From Dimorphilus gyrociliatus (Eukaryota > Animalia > Annelida), in assembly GCA_904063045.1 (NCBI GenBank), contig CAJFCJ010000002.1, positions 992,001 through 1,056,000 on the forward strand: 64,000 bases of DNA, in the 5' to 3' direction. Below are positions 59,205 to 64,000 of the stretch, one piece after another; the stretch's first letter is position 1; each line of letters starts with the position of its first letter. The notes beneath the pieces are model-generated. The model ran no database searches. It was not told the DNA's origin and saw nothing but the letters and a program-made list of their open reading frames with translations. Made by a program: the position numbers and the translations under genes.

Positions 59205-62200
59205 ATGGTGAGTGTGATTATAAGTGCATTAAAACGTAATTACGTAAATAGATTTGCTAGATCTAGATCTTTCTGTGCTCGGGGAAAATCTCTTCCATTC
59301 CAAGTTAATCGTTTCACTATTTAGACATGTCGGAAAATGCGAAAGACGAATCCTCTTCGAACAGCACAGATGGAAATTCAAGTGGACGAAATGATGCGAA
59401 AGCAGTTGGTGAACCATTGAAACCTGAGGAATCTCTAAGAGTAAAACTTATATTTATTAATAAGAATTAATAATCCTCACTTGGCATCATATTTACATTA
59501 GGCAAATTCATCATCCTCATCCCAGTCTATTGTGATTGGACAGCATTCGTCATCTTCTACACCAGCATCGGGTCATTCACAACTAGTTGCTCAAGCTGCA
59601 CAGGTTCCCACTCCAACTGTAATGCACATGGTTCCTCCACAACAAGCAGTTTGTTTTTTATATGCAAATTCATTGTGAAATGCAATGTAATATTTTATTA
59701 GGTTGTTCAAGATGGTCAACACTTTGCAGTAACAAGCCAGGGAATGGTTCTATCTGCCCTTCCACATCATAATCTAAACGTAATGAGAGGCGGTCAAGGC
59801 CTACAGTTAATAAGTCAACAACAGTATGGTTTACAGCAACCCTACTTCAATACTCAACTTATGCTAACTCGTAAGTGATAAACAGTTAGTAGAAAAAAAT
59901 TTTATCTTGTTGACACATTCTTTTAGCTGTCAATGGGCAACAATTTGCTATTCAACAAAGAAATATCGCTTCAACACAAGCAGGAAAACTAAGTAATCAG
60001 CTGTTGAATACAGTGAGTACTCTCTACAGCACTAACTGTTAAAAGTTAAAAAGCTTTCACTTTTGACTTTAGGTATCCTCAACTTCTTCAACTAATTCAG
60101 TGGCTAAAGTTACTCTTTCCTCTTCTTTAATTCCTAGTGCTGAACAAATAAATTCCATAAATGATACATCCTCAACAAATGCTGTTACCAGTGCAAATTC
60201 ACCAACAAAGCCCAGTGTCGCTACCGTTATGCCTCAAATGAAACAGCAGCTTTTCCAACCTTCGAGTCAAAAGAGTGTTGTAATTGGTAAGTTGGATGAG
60301 TTGTCTTCCTACCCAACTAAAGTTTCTATCTTGTAGCAGTTCCTACTGCAGGAGCAACACAGCCTTTTGTCGTCGCTAACAAGACGCCTCAACATTTTGG
60401 ACAGGTGAATGAATTACTTCATTATTCAATTGTATAAATCCAATACGTAATTAGATACGTTACGATAATATTTTAGTGTTTGCTAACTCCGACAAAATTG
60501 ATCTTAGTCATTTGATATTCATGTTAAATTTAATTTTAATCAGACACATAAATCATTTTAGAGGAATTTCATTTAATTAGATTTTTTATATATATTTACA
60601 TTTGTATTTATACAGTATTTTTTTACCGTTGTCTATTGCTTTACAGTTCATTCGACTTGCCAACGGCCAGCAAGTTATTATCAATCAAGCAGGAATAACT
60701 AATCCTACGATCTTTCAACAAGTTCCGATTCAACCAAATGCACAATTCATCGCCGCTACCACAACTCAGCCAGCCAGTGGTCCTGTCATCATTAGGACCA
60801 ATTCTAATGTTCAACCCATTCAACCTCCCAAAAAAGATAGTACCACAACGAAATTGTTGGCTAGAAAACCCGGTTCGCCGGCGACAACCCTTGCTCGAGG
60901 ACGCGTTAAGCCTAAGGCCTTGTCAAAAGCCACAGCTGCTCAGAGGAATGCTGCCCTGATGGCAGGGGTAATATCACCTCCCGAAAATCCTTTAGTTTCG
61001 GCCAAAAATACTGTTCCTATTCATACAACTCTCTCATCGGCTGTAGTAGCCCCAGGATCTCAATCAAGTACCATCCAACCTCAATCAGCAATAGAAAAAG
61101 ATAATATGACAATAGATCAACCAATAATTTCAAAACCCCAGAAAGCTGTCAGTCCCATGAAAATTGAAGAGAGAGGAGAACCAGAATCCAAATCATCGTC
61201 TGAAGAGGAGATATTGAATAATAAAGATGCCAAAAGTAGCTCAGTCGAACTTCCTACCTTTCATGATAAAAGAACAGGGAAAAAAACAGCAATTGTGAGA
61301 CCGGATGTACTTGTTCATGTTATTGATGGTATGGTAATTTGTGAGTCAAAGGAACCTTTAGATGATGGCTTTGATGTGAGTAATTGTGGAAAACCTACAT
61401 TTTTATGAATCAATATTTTTCAACTTAATTTTCTTTTTAGTTGGCTGGTCTTACGAATACCGAATTACCAACTTCAGATAAGGAAGAAGTTTCAAGTGAT
61501 CTATTGAAGGCTAGGGAAAGTGAAGATGTAGGTAGTGAAAGTGGAAATCAAGCTGGAAGTGGGGAGACTCCAAAATGTGAAATATGTGGTAAAGTGGACA
61601 AGGCATCTAGATTTAAGCGATCTAAGCGTTTCTGTTCCATCTCTTGTGCTAAAAGGTAACTTATCTCCAATTTGCTAAAATTTTGAATTTGATGCTTTCA
61701 TTGAAACAGATATAATGTATGGTGCTCAAAAAGAATTGGTCAAATTGAACCTATAAAAATCGAGCAGGATGGATCTGTCAAAGTCGAAGATAGTAAGCAA
61801 CGAAAGAAAAAGACCTATTTGAAGAGAAAATGGAAGAGAAGTCAGAATGGAGGAAGATTAGATGGAAGCCCTTTGAAAAGGGTAAGTATTTAAGTTGGAA
61901 TTATAAGACTAAATGACTCAAAATGTTTTTTTAAAAGGATGCCTCTAATAAGTTCCCTGTTTCAAGTACTTCTGAAGATTCAGATAATGACAAAATGAAT
62001 CTCAGAAAAGTACAAACTAAGAATGTTACGGCGAACGAATCGTCAAGCGATAGCGAAGATGAACTCCCTCGTTCAATAACCACATCATTTAGTGCAACAA
62101 ATTCACCAGGGCCTCTTTCACCTGGTGCAACCTCTGTTGATGAGGTACCTCCTCCTCCATCCGGCCATCCGGATACATGGACTGTAAATGATGTTTATGC

Positions 62201-62372
62201 TTTCGTTAAAAGTATTATTGGCTGTCAAACCTATGCCGATTGCTTTCGCCAAGAGCAGATTGATGGTCAAGCCTTGCTACTATTAAAACATGAGCATTTA
62301 ATGTCTACGATGAATATGAAACTTGGACCAGCCTTAAAACTCTCGGATTTAATTAAAAAAATATCAGAATAA
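59205..62372 (+). CDS. PHC: Polyhomeotic-like PRC1 subunit, multi-exon; probable ATG-only first exon (59205-59207)
   Basis: Q/S/T-rich N-terminus, HD1 (VRPDVLVHVIDGMVICE), FCS finger (CEICGK...FCSISCAKRY), C-terminal SAM (WTVNDV...EQIDGQALLLLK...MKLGPALK). Confidence 0.93.
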
Positions 62373-63016
62373 TTGACATTTGTTGTATTTTTGTACTTTT
62401 AAGTTTTCTTAACATTATACAAATAGAAATTTCTATCCACAAAATATGAATATACTACCAGTTTCTCCGACCTATTTTTTACCTTCAAACTCTCAAAATA
62501 GCCAGCTCCTAACCTTGTTTAGAAAGACTAAGTTTTTGACAAGGGAAGTTCCATGCAGGGAGAACTAACACACGAACGAATGAAAAAGCGTAAACGTCTG
62601 GAATCAACTAGAGGGCAAATTGTCTTAGAAAGAAACCATTATCTGATATGACATGTCATCCCAGGTTAGATCAATTTTGTCCAATACATTAGGCTTTTAT
62701 GACTGCTTTAGGTCAATTAAATATCATTCAAACCAAAGGCTGGGATCACTGACTAAACATGCACTGGATGAAAGCTTAATTTCTAAAGCCAATCTTAAGA
62801 AGAGATGGGTAAATATGATTTGAATTACGGTAAATATTTTCTAATGCTTTAATTTATATATTGCTATTTTCGCTAAATCTACATTAAGCTTAAAGCTTGC
62901 AGCTTAAGTTAGCACAAAAACTCATTTACAGTTCTATTTAGTTAAAGGGTGAGAAAATCGTTAGGCATGAAAAAGGGATAAGTGTCTTTTTACAAATTTT
63001 TCATAACTTCCACCTA

Positions 63017-64000
63017 TCAAACAAAGAATTGTCTACTGGAACTACGAATGGGTGGTGCCAACCTAAGATTATAATCGTTTACACTTAAACCTTGTTCTTG
63101 GAGAAAATTTACAAGTGATGTTAGTGTTTGTCGGACGGGACTAACAGTGATATTGATCTTTTCCTCTTCTGTTGTTAAAAGCAAAACACCAGGCATCCTT
63201 ATCAATTGGGCCAGAATTCTTCTGGTTTGATTTCCATTATCAAACGTTTCTCTTCTAGAACGTCTTGCCTGTCTCTGATCAACTGAGCGCATACGACGGT
63301 TTTCTGAATTTCTGTCTACTGAACGGCGTCTTGGCATGCTCCTAGACCTTGATGGTCGGTGGTATTCTTCATTTAGCTGCTCTTGTGTGATTTCTAGTTC
63401 AGATAAGATCTCTGTTGCAAGAGCGTGAATAGTTGCTGTATCTGCAGAACTCCCCGCGGATATTTCACTTGAAGGCGAGGAGGGAGATCTATTCCTCTCT
63501 GGGGGTCTAACAATTGGTTTAACTAAGCCGACAGGCTTAGGTTCATTTAAGTTTCTAACAGGAGTAAACGGCCCTGTTTCTGAATGATTAAATTCCTTAA
63601 TTTCGAAATTACGATTGTTATTACTGTCAGATCCAGTCTGTCGTCTTATAGACTTTCTAGGCGAATATGTAATCTTGGGTGTGCCTTGACTCAATGAACT
63701 ACTTTCCTCGCTCCAGCTGATTCTTTCTACCTGTCTATCTGCTGATAATAATTTAAAAGGCTTGAGATGACTATTCGAGCCGACTTTAATTTCAATCGAG
63801 TCACAATTTTTTAAGTTTACATGATAGTGGACGTTGGTGATATTTTCTTCCTTTTGTCGATTTTCGGAACGGTCATTGTACTGTGAAAGATTCAATTCAT
63901 GTGACTCTAAAGAAAGTTGACCAGTAGAAAGAGATTTGCAAGGAGAGAGCGAGTTATCAATATACTTCTTCTTGTCTCGCTGATTAAAGCAAAAGATAAA
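63017..64000 (-). CDS. Last exon of an unidentified gene, truncated at the right edge
   Basis: Frame stays open from the window end to the stop at 63017 (over 300 codons); S/R/P-rich with a small globular-looking C-terminus. Confidence 0.7.
   Translation of the reverse strand, partial: FIFCFNQRDKKKYIDNSLSPCKSLSTGQLSLESHELNLSQYNDRSENRQKEENITNVHYHVNLKNCDSIEIKVGSNSHLKPFKLLSADRQVERISWSEESSSLSQGTPKITYSPRKSIRRQTGSDSNNNRNFEIKEFNHSETGPFTPVRNLNEPKPVGLVKPIVRPPERNRSPSSPSSEISAGSSADTATIHALATEILSELEITQEQLNEEYHRPSRSRSMPRRRSVDRNSENRRMRSVDQRQARRSRRETFDNGNQTRRILAQLIRMPGVLLLTTEEEKINITVSPVRQTLTSLVNFLQEQGLSVNDYNLRLAPPIRSSSRQFFV

Overview
Eukaryotic (animal) genomic DNA, AT-rich and very compact: most introns are about 47-80 nt GT-AG, and intergenic gaps are often under 600 nt. 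The style resembles a miniaturised bilaterian genome such as the annelid Dimorphilus (inference only). Left to right: RGS17/19/20-type gene (5' exon only), ANP32, PHACTR, DOCK6/7/8, DOT1L, HDHD2, an unidentified small gene, a C8orf89-like gene and an intronless profilin. Next come a ~10 kb gene-free regulatory tract, intronless SoxC, and an AMPK-related (MARK/HUNK-like) kinase with unusually long introns. The window ends with a CH25H-like hydroxylase, NDUFA7, a class A peptide GPCR, a CTR copper transporter, polyhomeotic and a truncated unknown gene. No CRISPR, tRNA, rRNA or intact transposon was seen. Best leads: (1) a GC-rich intron-intron RNA duplex bracketing the 42-nt DOT1L exon that encodes the ubiquitin-contacting helix; (2) an antisense 122-aa gene nested in a DOT1L intron; (3) a C/D snoRNA candidate in ANP32 intron 1 whose guide can pair with the sarcin-ricin loop; (4) a SoxC regulatory block with a homotypic (CTA)GGCAGGTG E-box cluster. 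All exon coordinates and motif counts were read by eye and need computational confirmation.
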